Below, one piece after another: positions 9,444 to 20,836 of a stretch of DNA of 43,800 bases (position 1 is the stretch's first letter; every line of letters starts with the position of its first letter). Source of the stretch: Gemmobacter sp. (GTDB lineage Bacteria; Pseudomonadota; Alphaproteobacteria; Rhodobacterales; Rhodobacteraceae); contig DOMY01000041.1 in NCBI GenBank assembly GCA_003509785.1, forward strand, positions 13,480 to 57,279. The letters run 5' to 3'. A program made the translations under genes and the position numbers. Under the pieces are notes generated by a model. It had not been told where the DNA came from. It saw only the letters and a program-made list of their open reading frames with translations, and did not search any database.

Positions 9444-10279
9444 AGGCCCAATACGGCCTTGCGTGTTGCCTCGTCAACCTCTGGCCGCTGACCGAACCAT
9501 CGTTCAAAACCTGGCGCGGCCTGATGCAGAAGCATCCCCAGCCCGTCCACGATCGTCGCGCCAGCCTCTTCGGCTTCGATCAGGAATTGGGTTTTCAACG
9601 GTGTGTAGACGATATCCGTGGCAAGCGTTCCACGCTCGACCGCCTCAAGCGAAATACCCAAGTCTGGCTTGCCTGTCATGCCCAGTGCAGTTGTGTTCAC
9701 CACTGTGGCCGCCCCGTCGAGCATCCGTCCAGCCTGCGTCCAATCCCAGACAGTGACCTTCGCGCCAAAATCCGCGCGAAAGGCCTCGGCACGGGCGCGG
9801 GTTCTGTTCGCGATACGAATTTCTGGCACACCAACCTCGATCAGCGCAGCAACCACGGCGCGGGCGGCACCACCAGCCCCCAGAACAGCTGCAGACCCAA
9901 CAGATGGCACCCAATGTGGCGCATTCTGGCGCAGATTTGCAATGAATCCGGCGCCATCTGTGTTGTCTGCATGTATCTTGCCATCTTTGCGGAAGATCAG
10001 CGTATTGGCCGCACCGATCAAGGCAGCCCGGTCTGTGACAATATCAGCCAGCGCCAGAACTGCTTCCTTGTGCGGGATGGTGACATTGATACCGACAAAA
10101 CCCAGCTTCGGCAGCATCTTCAATGCATCGGGCAGATCACCCTGGCTGATATCCATCGGGATATAGTGGCCTTTAATACCATAACGTTTCAGCCAGAAGC
10201 CGTGCAGCGCGGGCGAGCGGCTGTGCGCGACAGGATGGCCGATAACACCAGCAAGAGGGATGCGCGGATGGTCGGTCAT
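9440..10279 (-). CDS. aroE: Shikimate dehydrogenase
   Basis: [42 protein letters not shown]. Confidence 0.97.
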   Translation of the reverse strand: MTDHPRIPLAGVIGHPVAHSRSPALHGFWLKRYGIKGHYIPMDISQGDLPDALKMLPKLGFVGINVTIPHKEAVLALADIVTDRAALIGAANTLIFRKDGKIHADNTDGAGFIANLRQNAPHWVPSVGSAAVLGAGGAARAVVAALIEVGVPEIRIANRTRARAEAFRADFGAKVTVWDWTQAGRMLDGAATVVNTTALGMTGKPDLGISLEAVERGTLATDIVYTPLKTQFLIEAEEAGATIVDGLGMLLHQAAPGFERWFGQRPEVDEATRKAVLGL

Positions 10280-10887
10280 GATGCGATGAAACCTCTTGCT
10301 TCAAGGTAGGACAGCAGGGGCAGCAGGGGCAGCCCTAGAATGGTAAAGTAGTCGCCTTCGATGCGACTGAAAAGGCGCACACCTTCTTCTTCAAGCTTAT
10401 AGCAGCCTACAGAATGGCGGATACTGTCCCAGTTACGGGAAAGATAATCTTCAAGCCAAATGTCGGAAAAACTGCGCATCGTCAGATCAGCGCGACTGAC
10501 ATGTCGCCAAACTGGTTCTCCGCGATCATACAGCACGAGGGCAGAGAGCAGACGATGGGGCTTGCCACGCATCTGCTGCAACTGCACTCTCGCGTTGTCC
10601 AACGTTTCGGGCTTGCCCCAGACACGGCGATCAAATTCCAGCACCTGATCACATCCCAAGACGAGCGCATCCAGATGCCGCTCTGCGATCTTGCGCGCCT
10701 TCATCTCGGCCAGAGTATCAGCAATGTCACGCGGCTGCGCACCCTCTGACTCAAGCGCCTGGCGGATGGTCTCTTCATCGACACGCGGGGCCTGGGGAAC
10801 GACATCGAGGCCTGCATTCTGCAGCAGGGAAAGCCGGATGGCAGAGCTGGATGCGAGCAAAAACCTGCGGGGTGCTATGGGGGTCAT
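10276..10887 (-). CDS. maf: Maf family nucleoside triphosphate pyrophosphatase
   Basis: [30 protein letters not shown]. Confidence 0.95.
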   Translation of the reverse strand: MTPIAPRRFLLASSSAIRLSLLQNAGLDVVPQAPRVDEETIRQALESEGAQPRDIADTLAEMKARKIAERHLDALVLGCDQVLEFDRRVWGKPETLDNARVQLQQMRGKPHRLLSALVLYDRGEPVWRHVSRADLTMRSFSDIWLEDYLSRNWDSIRHSVGCYKLEEEGVRLFSRIEGDYFTILGLPLLPLLSYLEARGFIAS

Positions 10888-11289
10888 CCTGTGGAAAATC
10901 CTGCTTTGTTCTTGACGTTTGAATCCGGGTAACTGGGCTATTCGAGGTCAGCTGTGATGGAGAGCCCAAATTTGTCAAGTTGCCGTCCCCGGTTTTCCAC
11001 CTGTGTGAAGTTGCCCAAGGCAAGACTGGAAAAAACCGTTACCCACAGCTGCGGGAAAACTGTAGCGCAAGATAAGCAGAAGAAAGAAATCTCGTAAAGC
11101 TTTGGCAAAAAGGCTGATTCTCATATCTCAGCTTACAGATCTTGCACAAACACAGGCAATCTTATCCACCGAAAACAGCGTGTGGAGAACTTTGGGGAGG
11201 GTGAGAGATGTCCAGTTATCCCTGCGACCTACTACATCATTCCTTTTCTTATATCTTTCTTTAAGAAGAAGAGAGATGGAGGAGCTTCG
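10888..11289. other. Probable chromosomal replication origin (oriC)
   Basis: About 400-bp AT-richer intergenic region between divergent operons; DnaA-box-like 9-mers TGTGGAAAA 10890, TTTTCCACC 10993, TTACCCACA 11039, TTATCCACC 11162, TGTGGAGAA 11181; CTACTACATCAT plus AT tract 11229-11270; GANTC at 10921 and 11116; flanked by parS sites and the mnmE-mnmG-rsmG-parAB block. Confidence 0.82.
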
Positions 11290-11739
11290 ATGGGCGATTT
11301 TCTGGCAGAGTACTATGTCTGGACCAAGTTCCTGCATGTGATTTCCGTCATCAGCTGGATGGCAGGGCTGTTCTATCTGCCCAGGCTGTTCGTCTATCAC
11401 GCCGAAGAGGTGGGTTCTGGAAATGGCACTGACCTGCTGTTCCAGACGATGGAGCGGCGCCTGCTGCGGGCGATCATGAATCCAGCGATGATCGCCACCT
11501 GGGTTTTCGGTTTGGCGCTGGTGTTCACGCCCGGGATTGTTGACTGGAGCATGGTCTGGCCTTGGACCAAGGCAGCCAGCGTGATCGCAATGACATGGTT
11601 TCACCATTGGCTTGGTTTGCGCCGCAAGGATTTTGCAGAGGGTCAGAACAGGCTGGCCGGGCGTCGCTACCGGATGATGAACGAAGTGCCGACATTGTTG
11701 ATGCTTGTCATCGTGGCCTCTGTCATCGTGAAGTTCTGA
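11290..11739 (+). CDS. hemJ: Protoporphyrinogen oxidase HemJ (CopD-like)
   Basis: LHVISVISWMAGLFYLPRLFVYH, MERRL, IMNPAM, NEVPT; GGAGGAG SD. Confidence 0.95.
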   Translation: MGDFLAEYYVWTKFLHVISVISWMAGLFYLPRLFVYHAEEVGSGNGTDLLFQTMERRLLRAIMNPAMIATWVFGLALVFTPGIVDWSMVWPWTKAASVIAMTWFHHWLGLRRKDFAEGQNRLAGRRYRMMNEVPTLLMLVIVASVIVKF

Positions 11740-11744
11740 AAACA

Positions 11745-11773
11745 TTGACTCGGATCGTGTTAGGCCCTATGGC
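11745..11773 (+). promoter_or_regulatory. Candidate sigma70 promoter of rho
   Basis: TTGACT-N17-TATGGC; a GANTC (11747-11751) overlaps the -35 box. Confidence 0.55.
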
Positions 11774-11862
11774 AGCCAATGCAGGGCCGTCCGGCCCATA
11801 GCATTTCCCGAATGACATGACAGATTGCCTGGTATTTCAGGCATTGGATAAGCGGCTTCCAT

Positions 11863-13134
<1,272 letters not shown>

Positions 13135-13160
13135 GCCTTACTGGCCTTGGAGGAACAGAG

Positions 13161-14453
13161 ATGGATACGATCTTTGCCCTGGCTTCGGCCAGGGGCAGGG
13201 CGGGTGTTTCTGTAATCCGCCTTTCAGGTGCAGCATCACATATGGCTGTGCAAAACCTCACGCGGCTTCCTTTGCCAGAAAGCCATCGAGCGGCCGTACG
13301 TAGGCTGTACTCGGGTAACGAAGTTCTGGATGAGGCCTTGGTTCTGCTGTTTGACGCAGGTCGCAGCTTCACTGGTGAGCCTGTCGCCGAGTTGCAGGTT
13401 CATGGTTCTGTCGCAGTAGTATCTGCGATTTTGCGGGTTCTTGGAGATATTCCAGGCGTGCGCCTTGCAGAAGCCGGCGAATTTACACGCCGGGCGCTGG
13501 AAAATGGGCAGCTTGATCTCGTGCAGGTGGAGGGGCTTTCCGATCTGATCGAGGCTGAAACGGAAGCTCAGCGTCGGCAGGCGCTGCGCGTGTTTTCGGG
13601 CCATATCGGTCGCAAGGTGCAAGGCTGGCATGATCGGTTGTTGCGGGCAGCTGCCCTTCTTGAAGCTACAATTGATTTTGTTGACGAGGATGTGCCGGTA
13701 GATGTGACACCAGAGGTTCGACAGATACTATCAGGTCTTTTAGTCGAATTCCGATCAGAAGTGGCAGGATCTTCTGCCGCCGAGCGTATTCGTGACGGAT
13801 TCGAAGTGGCAATCATCGGCGCGCCTAATGCTGGAAAGTCGACGCTCTTGAATGCCCTGGCTGGGCGGGATGCGGCCATAACATCAGACGTTGCAGGTAC
13901 GACACGCGATGTTATTGAAGTGAGGATGGACCTGCGCGGTCTTCCTGTGACGTTGCTAGATACGGCAGGGCTGCGCGAGGCCGAGGACAAAGTCGAAGCC
14001 ATAGGAATATCAAGGGCAGTTGAGCGGGCTGCACGGGCTGATTTGCGGGTTTTTCTGCTGTCAGAACCTGATGAAGTGTTTGCCCTGCAACCCTTGGAAG
14101 ATGATCTAGTGGTGTTGGGTAAGGCTGACCTGCGCCAAGATGACACGCTGTTTTCCGTTTCCGGCACAACGGGCGTTGGGATAGATCGGCTTGTTGTTGA
14201 AATTGGCGATCGTCTGCAAAAGCTGAGTTCCAATGCCTCCACACTTGTGCGTGAACGCCATCGCAGGGCTGTTCTAGTCGCGATCCGGGGTTTGGAAAGC
14301 GCCGAAGCTGAGTTATGGATGGGGGCAGGCAGAATCGAACTCGCGGCTGAGGCTCTGCGAGAGGCGATCCGGGCCTTGGACTCATTGGTCGGCAAGATCG
14401 GGGTTGAGGATGTTCTGGGCGAAATCTTCGCCAATTTTTGTATCGGAAAGTAG
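13161..14453 (+). CDS. mnmE: tRNA modification GTPase MnmE (TrmE)
   Basis: [39 protein letters not shown]-terminal FCIGK. Confidence 0.98.
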   Translation: MDTIFALASARGRAGVSVIRLSGAASHMAVQNLTRLPLPESHRAAVRRLYSGNEVLDEALVLLFDAGRSFTGEPVAELQVHGSVAVVSAILRVLGDIPGVRLAEAGEFTRRALENGQLDLVQVEGLSDLIEAETEAQRRQALRVFSGHIGRKVQGWHDRLLRAAALLEATIDFVDEDVPVDVTPEVRQILSGLLVEFRSEVAGSSAAERIRDGFEVAIIGAPNAGKSTLLNALAGRDAAITSDVAGTTRDVIEVRMDLRGLPVTLLDTAGLREAEDKVEAIGISRAVERAARADLRVFLLSEPDEVFALQPLEDDLVVLGKADLRQDDTLFSVSGTTGVGIDRLVVEIGDRLQKLSSNASTLVRERHRRAVLVAIRGLESAEAELWMGAGRIELAAEALREAIRALDSLVGKIGVEDVLGEIFANFCIGK

Positions 14454-14455
14454 GG

Positions 14456-14473
14456 ATGTTTCACGTGAAACAT
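14456..14473. promoter_or_regulatory. parS site over the mnmG start
   Basis: ATGTTTCACGTGAAACAT, 18-bp perfect palindrome. Confidence 0.93.
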
Positions 14474-16330
14474 TTTCAGGTAATTGTCATCGGTGCTGGT
14501 CATGCCGGGTGCGAGGCAGCCGCTGCTTCCGCACGGATGGGTGCACAAACTGCAATTGTCACACTGCGAAAGCATGATATCGGCACCATGTCCTGCAATC
14601 CTGCAATCGGGGGGCTGGGAAAGGGCCATCTGGTGCGCGAGATTGACGCGATGGATGGTGTAATGGGTGTTGTGGCAGATCGGGCTGGAATTCAGTTCCG
14701 TCTTCTGAATCGCCGCAAGGGACCAGCAGTGCAGGGGCCAAGAGCCCAGGCGGATCGCAAGATCTATCGATCTGCGATGTCAGAAATACTTTCGACGATG
14801 CAGAATTTGACCATCATTGAAGGTGAAGTGAGTGACCTTTTGATGCAGGGCAACCGTGTCACCGGGGTGTGCCTTGCTGATGGGACACAGGTTCACTCAT
14901 CGACGGTGATCTTGACTGCAGGCACGTTTCTCAACGGCATCATCCATATAGGGGATGTGCGGCATAGTGCCGGCCGTATGGGCGACAAGCCGTCAATTGC
15001 GCTTGCTGAACGTCTGGAAGAGTTTTCAATTGCGCGTGGTCGTCTGAAAACTGGAACTCCCCCCCGCTTGGACGGCACAACAATTCGCTGGGACCAGCTG
15101 GACAAGCAGCTTGGCGATGATGAACCAACGATGTTCTCGTTCCACAACCGCCGCCCCTTTGTGCGGCAGATCGCTTGTGGCATTACCCATACCAATAGCA
15201 AAACGCATGACATTGTTCGGGCGAACCTTGATCGCTCTGCCATGTATGGTGGGCATATCGAGGGGGTAGGGCCGCGCTATTGCCCTTCGATCGAGGACAA
15301 GGTAGTTCGCTTTGCCGACAAGGACAGCCATCAGGTTTTCCTGGAGCCAGAGGGGCTGGAGGATACCACTGTTTATCCGAATGGAATTTCAAGCTCCTTG
15401 CCTGTTGAAGTGCAAGAAGCGTATGTGCGTTCTATCCTAGGGTTGGAGGATGTGCGCATCCTCCAGCCTGCTTATGCTATTGAATACGATTATTTCGACC
15501 CTCGCGATCTGGTGCCGACACTTGAGAGCAAATCGGTGCCCGCATTGTATTTCGCTGGGCAGATCAATGGAACCACTGGCTACGAGGAAGCTGCGGCGCA
15601 GGGACTTGTGGCTGGTTTGAATGCGGCTGCTGCTGCGTTGGGGCGTGATCCGATCCATTTCTCGCGAACACAAAGCTATATCGGCGTGATGATCGACGAT
15701 CTTCTTGGTCGTGGTGTGACAGAACCCTATCGAATGTTCACCTCTCGGGCCGAGTTTCGCCTAACGCTACGCGCAGACAATGCAGATCAAAGGCTAACGC
15801 CATTTGCACTGAATATAGGCTGCGTAAGTGAGAAAAGGCGCACGTTGTTTGGTCGTAAGATAGAGCAGATCGAAGCAGGGAAGGCGGCACTTTCGGCTGT
15901 TCGATTGTCGGCAAAGGAAGCAGAAGCCATCGGTATCGCTGTCAGCCGTGATGGAGCAAAACGTTCTGCGCTGGAGCTTATGGCTTATCCTGATGCGGAA
16001 GTGAGTGCATTCGGGCAGGTTTGTTCAATCTTTGCTGGACTTGAAGCAGATATTCAGGCCCAGATCAAAACGGAAGCTCTCTATGCTCAGTATGCTGATC
16101 GCCAGTTTTCTGATGCTGCAGCTGTTCGTCGTGATGAATATCTTGAGATTCCACTGGATTTTGATTTTTCAGCACTTTCCGGTCTTTCTGGTGAACTCAA
16201 GCAGAAGCTTCAGCGGTATCGGCCCAGCAATATCGCACAGGCTGGGCGGATAGAAGGTATGACCCCTGCTGCACTTGTGCTGATCCTAGCTCATCTCCGC
16301 AAGGCTGGGTTGAAGGCAGTTGGAGCATGA
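14465..16330 (+). CDS. mnmG: tRNA uridine modification enzyme MnmG (GidA); start is GTG 14465 or ATG 14456
   Basis: [62 protein letters not shown]. Confidence 0.98.
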   Translation: MKHFQVIVIGAGHAGCEAAAASARMGAQTAIVTLRKHDIGTMSCNPAIGGLGKGHLVREIDAMDGVMGVVADRAGIQFRLLNRRKGPAVQGPRAQADRKIYRSAMSEILSTMQNLTIIEGEVSDLLMQGNRVTGVCLADGTQVHSSTVILTAGTFLNGIIHIGDVRHSAGRMGDKPSIALAERLEEFSIARGRLKTGTPPRLDGTTIRWDQLDKQLGDDEPTMFSFHNRRPFVRQIACGITHTNSKTHDIVRANLDRSAMYGGHIEGVGPRYCPSIEDKVVRFADKDSHQVFLEPEGLEDTTVYPNGISSSLPVEVQEAYVRSILGLEDVRILQPAYAIEYDYFDPRDLVPTLESKSVPALYFAGQINGTTGYEEAAAQGLVAGLNAAAAALGRDPIHFSRTQSYIGVMIDDLLGRGVTEPYRMFTSRAEFRLTLRADNADQRLTPFALNIGCVSEKRRTLFGRKIEQIEAGKAALSAVRLSAKEAEAIGIAVSRDGAKRSALELMAYPDAEVSAFGQVCSIFAGLEADIQAQIKTEALYAQYADRQFSDAAAVRRDEYLEIPLDFDFSALSGLSGELKQKLQRYRPSNIAQAGRIEGMTPAALVLILAHLRKAGLKAVGA

Positions 16331-16950
16331 CGAGTAATAGGCTGGCTGAAGCAGGAATTGATGTTTCACGTGAAACATCAGAGCGGCTGGAAAGTTTTGC
16401 AGCTCTACTTCGAAAGTGGAATGCGGCGATCAATCTGGTGTCCAAGTCGACCTTGGATGATCTTTGGTCGCGCCATATTCTTGACTCGGCGCAACTTGCG
16501 ACCTTTTTTCCCGAAGGAAAGGCGATCTGGGCAGATCTCGGCAGCGGTGGGGGGCTTCCTGGGCTTGTGCTTGCGATAATGGCCCATGATCTCAAGCCCG
16601 AGCTATCTTTCCAGTTGGTCGAGGCTGATCAGCGTAAGGCCACTTTTCTGCGTCATGTCGTGCGCGAACTGGCTTTGAACGTGACGGTGTCTTCCGAGCG
16701 GATTGAGAATCTGCCCCCAATCGGGGCAGATGTACTTTCTGCACGCGCTCTGGCACCGCTTTCTGCCTTATGTGGCCATGCTGTCCGCCATCTGTGCCCC
16801 GGCGGCATCGCCATTTTTCCAAAAGGCAGCAATTCTGCAGATGAAATTGCAGATGCGCGCAAGCTGTGGTCTTTCGATGTCGAGGCTTTCCCAAGCCTGA
16901 CCAGTGACGAAGCTGCAATCCTTCATATGAAGTTGATCCGCCATGTCTGA
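16327..16950 (+). CDS. rsmG: 16S rRNA m7G527 methyltransferase RsmG (GidB)
   Basis: [35 protein letters not shown]. Confidence 0.97.
   Translation: MTSNRLAEAGIDVSRETSERLESFAALLRKWNAAINLVSKSTLDDLWSRHILDSAQLATFFPEGKAIWADLGSGGGLPGLVLAIMAHDLKPELSFQLVEADQRKATFLRHVVRELALNVTVSSERIENLPPIGADVLSARALAPLSALCGHAVRHLCPGGIAIFPKGSNSADEIADARKLWSFDVEAFPSLTSDEAAILHMKLIRHV
16359..16380. promoter_or_regulatory. parS site inside rsmG
   Basis: TGATGTTTCACGTGAAACATCA, 22-bp perfect palindrome; encodes DVSRETS. Confidence 0.93.
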
Positions 16951-17767
16951 TCTTACGCGACCCCGGCAGCCTGTTATCATTGCTATCGCCAACCAGAAGG
17001 GGGGCGTAGGTAAAACAACGACTGCCATCAATCTTGGCGCGGCACTCGCTGAAGTCGGAGCACGGGTTCTGTTGGTCGATCTGGATCCGCAGGGAAATGC
17101 TTCAACCGGCCTGGGCCTAGATGCGGCAAACCGTGCCCTTACAAGCTATGATGTGCTGCTTGAGAATGTACCGATAACAGACGCCATTCAATCGACGTTG
17201 GTACCGAACCTTCTGATTTGCCCGGCAAATGCTGACTTGGCGTCTGCAGATATCGAACTGGTCGCCAACGAAAAGCGAAGCTTCTTGCTGCATGATGCTC
17301 TGCGTCAGCGCGAACTTGACAGACAAGCGCTGGACTTCATCCTTCTTGATTGCCCACCATCCCTCAGCCTGCTCACTGTCAATGCGCTTTGTGCGTGCCA
17401 TTCCGTACTCATTCCGCTGCAAAGCGAGTTTTTTGCTTTGGAGGGGTTGTCACAGCTGATGCTGACGATCCGGCAGGTTCGCGAGGCAGCGAATCCGCAG
17501 CTGCGGATTGAAGGTGTTGTTCTGACCATGTATGATGCTCGCAACAATCTTTCGCTTCAGGTAGAGCGCGATGTGCGTGAGACCTTGGGTGATCTGGTGT
17601 TTACCACTGTAATACCAAGGAATGTACGCGTCAGTGAGGCGCCATCTTATGCAATGCCGGTTTTGTCCTATGACTCGGCTTCAAAGGGGAGCGAGGCATA
17701 TCGTGGTCTCGCACGAGAGATCGGCGCCAACCATGGGCTTGTCCATGCGAGCCCGGAAGTGAACTGA
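16943..17767 (+). CDS. parA: Chromosome partitioning ATPase ParA
   Basis: NQKGGVGKTT, DLDPQGN, DCPP, EFFALEG, IPRNVRVSEAPS. Confidence 0.98.
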   Translation: MSDLTRPRQPVIIAIANQKGGVGKTTTAINLGAALAEVGARVLLVDLDPQGNASTGLGLDAANRALTSYDVLLENVPITDAIQSTLVPNLLICPANADLASADIELVANEKRSFLLHDALRQRELDRQALDFILLDCPPSLSLLTVNALCACHSVLIPLQSEFFALEGLSQLMLTIRQVREAANPQLRIEGVVLTMYDARNNLSLQVERDVRETLGDLVFTTVIPRNVRVSEAPSYAMPVLSYDSASKGSEAYRGLAREIGANHGLVHASPEVN

Positions 17768-17769
17768 CT

Positions 17770-18696
17770 ATGGAAAAGAAAATGGAACGGCGCGGATTGG
17801 GTCGCGGTTTGTCTGCTCTTATGGCTGACATCAATGTGGCACCTGTGCAATCGGGCGAGGCTTCGCCTGTGGCTGCCCGGAAACCGGAAGTTCTTCCGAT
17901 TGAGCGCCTGCAGCCCAACCCCAATCAGCCACGCCGCCATTTCACTGCGGAAAACCTTGAAGAGCTCTCTAAGTCTCTGACACAGAAGGGTATTCTTCAG
18001 CCACTTATCGTTCGCCCTATAGCGAATTCGCAGCAATATGAAATTGTTGCAGGTGAACGCCGCTGGCGTGCTGCGCAAATGGCGCAGTTGCATGAAGTGC
18101 CCGTGCTGATTCGTGAATTTGATGATACCGAAGTTCTTGAGGTCGGGATCATTGAAAACATTCAGCGTGCTGACCTGAACGCAATAGAAGAGGCTTTGGC
18201 CTACCGCCAATTGATGGATCGTTTCGGTCACACGCAGGAAAAGCTGGCTGAAGCTCTTTCTAAAAGCCGCAGCCATATTGCCAACCTGCTGCGACTCCTG
18301 AATTTGCCCGAGGATGTGCGCGATCTGGTTCGGGATGGCAAGTTGAGTGCAGGCCACGCGCGGGCCCTTATCACATCAGCGAACCCATCTGATATTGCGA
18401 AGCAGGTGGTTGCTCGCGCTTTGACTGTCCGCGAAACTGAAGATCTGATGCGTAAGCCGTCCGCCGGCGCCAGTGGGAGCGGTGGGGCAGGGCGTTCGCG
18501 GTCCATGGGTAGTGAAAAAGACGCTGATACCCGTGCACTAGAAATGGATCTTTCAGCGAACCTTAAAATGAGCGTGACGATTCAACATGAACCCGGCGGG
18601 GAGCGCGGGGTTTTGTCAGTTCGCTACACCTCGCTCGATGATCTGGATCTTCTATGTCGCGTTTTGTCCCTTACGCCGAGGGACGGCTCCATATGA
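17770..18696 (+). CDS. parB: Chromosome partitioning CTPase ParB
   Basis: RRGLGRGLSAL, NPNQPR, GERRWRAA, IENIQR, HTH KSRSHIANLLRLL, SAGHARAL. Confidence 0.98.
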   Translation: MEKKMERRGLGRGLSALMADINVAPVQSGEASPVAARKPEVLPIERLQPNPNQPRRHFTAENLEELSKSLTQKGILQPLIVRPIANSQQYEIVAGERRWRAAQMAQLHEVPVLIREFDDTEVLEVGIIENIQRADLNAIEEALAYRQLMDRFGHTQEKLAEALSKSRSHIANLLRLLNLPEDVRDLVRDGKLSAGHARALITSANPSDIAKQVVARALTVRETEDLMRKPSAGASGSGGAGRSRSMGSEKDADTRALEMDLSANLKMSVTIQHEPGGERGVLSVRYTSLDDLDLLCRVLSLTPRDGSI

Positions 18697-19024
18697 ACAC
18701 GCCGGCGCCGATCATTGCGGCTGCTTGAACTGTCAAGATCGCGGGCGCCAAGCCAAGAAAGAGTGACAAAAGCCAGGCACCCAGCATTGATAAGGTTGAT
18801 ATGCGCTTGGCAAACAGGCTTATTGCGCCTCTTTCTCGCCAAGCAATGACTGGGGGGCCGAGGCGCGGATGGCTTATGATCCAGTTGTGCAGGCGCTCTG
18901 ACGAGCGTGAAAAGCAGAATGCAGCCAGGATCATGAAGGGAACTGTTGGCAAAACCGGCGTGATGACACCAATCAGCCCAAGCCCGAGTGCCATGAACCC
19001 GCAGATCAGCCATATCAGCCGCAT
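18671..19024 (-). CDS. YbaN/DUF454 family inner membrane protein
   Basis: LGLIGVITPVLPTVPFMILAAFCFSRSSERLHNW..HPRLGP. Confidence 0.92.
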   Translation of the reverse strand: MRLIWLICGFMALGLGLIGVITPVLPTVPFMILAAFCFSRSSERLHNWIISHPRLGPPVIAWRERGAISLFAKRISTLSMLGAWLLSLFLGLAPAILTVQAAAMIGAGVFIWSRPSA

Positions 19025-19025
19025 A

Positions 19026-20231
19026 TCAAAGTGCCTTTACCAACTTACCAAGGACTGCATTCAACAGAGGCCGCCCCGCAGCTGTTGTACGGATCGTATC
19101 GTCTGCAGCATGCAGAAGGCCCAAGTCCACAAGTTCAGAAATAGCCTCGGCAGGATAGGGGCGGCCGAGTGCATCCTCCAATCGGCGGCGTGAAATACCT
19201 GTGGCCAGTCGCAAGCCCATCAAAAGGTATTCAATACCGGTTTCTTCTGGTGTCAATGCGGCTTCGGTATCCTTCACGCCACCTGCTGTTTCTGCGGCGG
19301 CCAACCACAGCCCGGGTAGACGCTCTGCTGCTGTTGGGTGTCGTTTCCTGCTAAGGGTTAGACGGCCATGGGCGCCTGGGCCAATGCCGGCATAGTCACC
19401 GCCCGTCCAGTAGATCAGATTGTGTTTTGCTTCCTGCCCAAGTGCAGCATGGTTTGAGATTTCGTAGGCCGGCAAGCCTGCTGCTTCTGTGAGTTTCTGT
19501 GTCAGGTCGAAAAAGTCAGCTGCAAGATCCTCTGTCGGCAAGCCATGCAACAACCCTTTGGCGTGACGTTCACCGAAGACAGTGCCTTCCTCTACAGTAA
19601 GCTGGTAAAGCGATAGATGGCCCTGTGATAGTTCAATTGCGCGATGCAATTCCTGCTCCCAATCGCGCAGACTTTGATCCTGCCGGGCATAGATCAAATC
19701 AAAACTGACCCTATCAAAGCAAGACCTGGCGATATCCAGTGCTGAAAGCCCCTCGCTGGCCGAGTGCATCCGCCCAAGCCGACGCAGATCACCATCATTC
19801 AACGCCTGCAGGCCGAGCGAAACCCGGTTTACACCTGCAAGTCTGTAGCCGGAAAAACGATCCGCCTCTACCGATGTCGGATTTGCTTCCAGCGTGATCT
19901 CCAGATCATTCGCTCCGTTCCAGACAGACAGCGCTGCATCAATCACAGTTTCCACTGTCTGCGGGGTCATCAGGGATGGCGTCCCACCACCGAAAAAGAT
20001 CGTGCGCAGGGTGCGGCCGGGTACCAGCGCAGCCGTGCGCCTGATCTCGGATACGTAAGCATCTGCCCAGCGTCGTTGATCAATCTTGGTTGCGACGTGG
20101 CTGTTGAAATCACAATAGGGGCATTTTGACTGGCAGAAAGGCCAATGGACATAGAGGCCAAATCCGGCTTCCTGCCAGTCTTCCGGCGCAATACTTTTTC
20201 GCGCATGCTGCGCCGGATCAGAGTGTTTCAC
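19026..20231 (-). CDS. hemW: Radical SAM heme chaperone HemW (start uncertain; GTG 20231 proposed)
   Basis: YVHWPFCQSKCPYCDFN, FFGGGTPS, YEISN, HNLIYW; follows rph-rdgB. Confidence 0.93.
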   Translation of the reverse strand: MKHSDPAQHARKSIAPEDWQEAGFGLYVHWPFCQSKCPYCDFNSHVATKIDQRRWADAYVSEIRRTAALVPGRTLRTIFFGGGTPSLMTPQTVETVIDAALSVWNGANDLEITLEANPTSVEADRFSGYRLAGVNRVSLGLQALNDGDLRRLGRMHSASEGLSALDIARSCFDRVSFDLIYARQDQSLRDWEQELHRAIELSQGHLSLYQLTVEEGTVFGERHAKGLLHGLPTEDLAADFFDLTQKLTEAAGLPAYEISNHAALGQEAKHNLIYWTGGDYAGIGPGAHGRLTLSRKRHPTAAERLPGLWLAAAETAGGVKDTEAALTPEETGIEYLLMGLRLATGISRRRLEDALGRPYPAEAISELVDLGLLHAADDTIRTTAAGRPLLNAVLGKLVKAL

Positions 20232-20239
20232 GTGAAACA
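20224..20239. promoter_or_regulatory. parS site at the rdgB/hemW junction
   Basis: TGTTTCACGTGAAACA, perfect 16-mer. Confidence 0.93.
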
Positions 20240-20836
20240 ACCCTCTACCAGCTTGCGGAAGGCATCGGCCCGATGACTGATACGGTTCTTCTCCCAACGA
20301 TCCATTTCCCCAAAAGTCTCAGTATAGCCATTTGGTTGAAAGATCGGATCGTAACCATGACCTGACAGACCGCGCCCAGGCCAGACGATCTGGCCGTCCA
20401 ATCTGCCTTCAAAGACTTCATCGTGGCCATCTGGCCATGCCAGTACAAGCGTACAGCAGAAGGTCGCAGTCCTCGGGAAGGGGGCATCTGCCGTCTCTAA
20501 TGCTGTCCAGGTCTTCTGCATTGCCATTTCAAAATCACGGCCATTTGGTGTTTCTGCCCAGTCGGCAGTGTAAACGCCAGGCGCGCCACCGAGGCCGTCC
20601 ACCATGATACCGGAATCATCGGCGAGTGCCGGCAGGCCACTGGCCCGCATAGCTGCGTGGGCCTTGATCCGCGCATTGCCGATGAAAGTCGTTTCTGTCT
20701 CTTCTGGTTCAGGCAATCCAAGTTCCCCGGCCGAAACCGTGCTGATGCCGAACGGGTGCAGCAATGCAGCGATTTCCTCTAGTTTGCCTTGATTATGGGT
20801 CGCTACCAGCAACCGCTGTTCGAGGAACTTGCGCAT
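20228..20836 (-). CDS. rdgB: Non-canonical purine NTP pyrophosphatase RdgB (HAM1 family)
   Basis: ATHNQGKLEE, LADDSG, HGYDPIF, SHRADA; TGATG coupling with rph. Confidence 0.96.
   Translation of the reverse strand: MRKFLEQRLLVATHNQGKLEEIAALLHPFGISTVSAGELGLPEPEETETTFIGNARIKAHAAMRASGLPALADDSGIMVDGLGGAPGVYTADWAETPNGRDFEMAMQKTWTALETADAPFPRTATFCCTLVLAWPDGHDEVFEGRLDGQIVWPGRGLSGHGYDPIFQPNGYTETFGEMDRWEKNRISHRADAFRKLVEGCFT

Noticed and set aside
11102-11341. 79-aa ORF and upstream extension of hemJ across the oriC region
   Set aside because: TTG/GTG starts without SD and atypical composition; the strong SD supports hemJ start at 11290
13568-14629. 353-aa antisense ORF over mnmE/mnmG
   Set aside because: Ser/Arg-rich shadow frame with no domain signal
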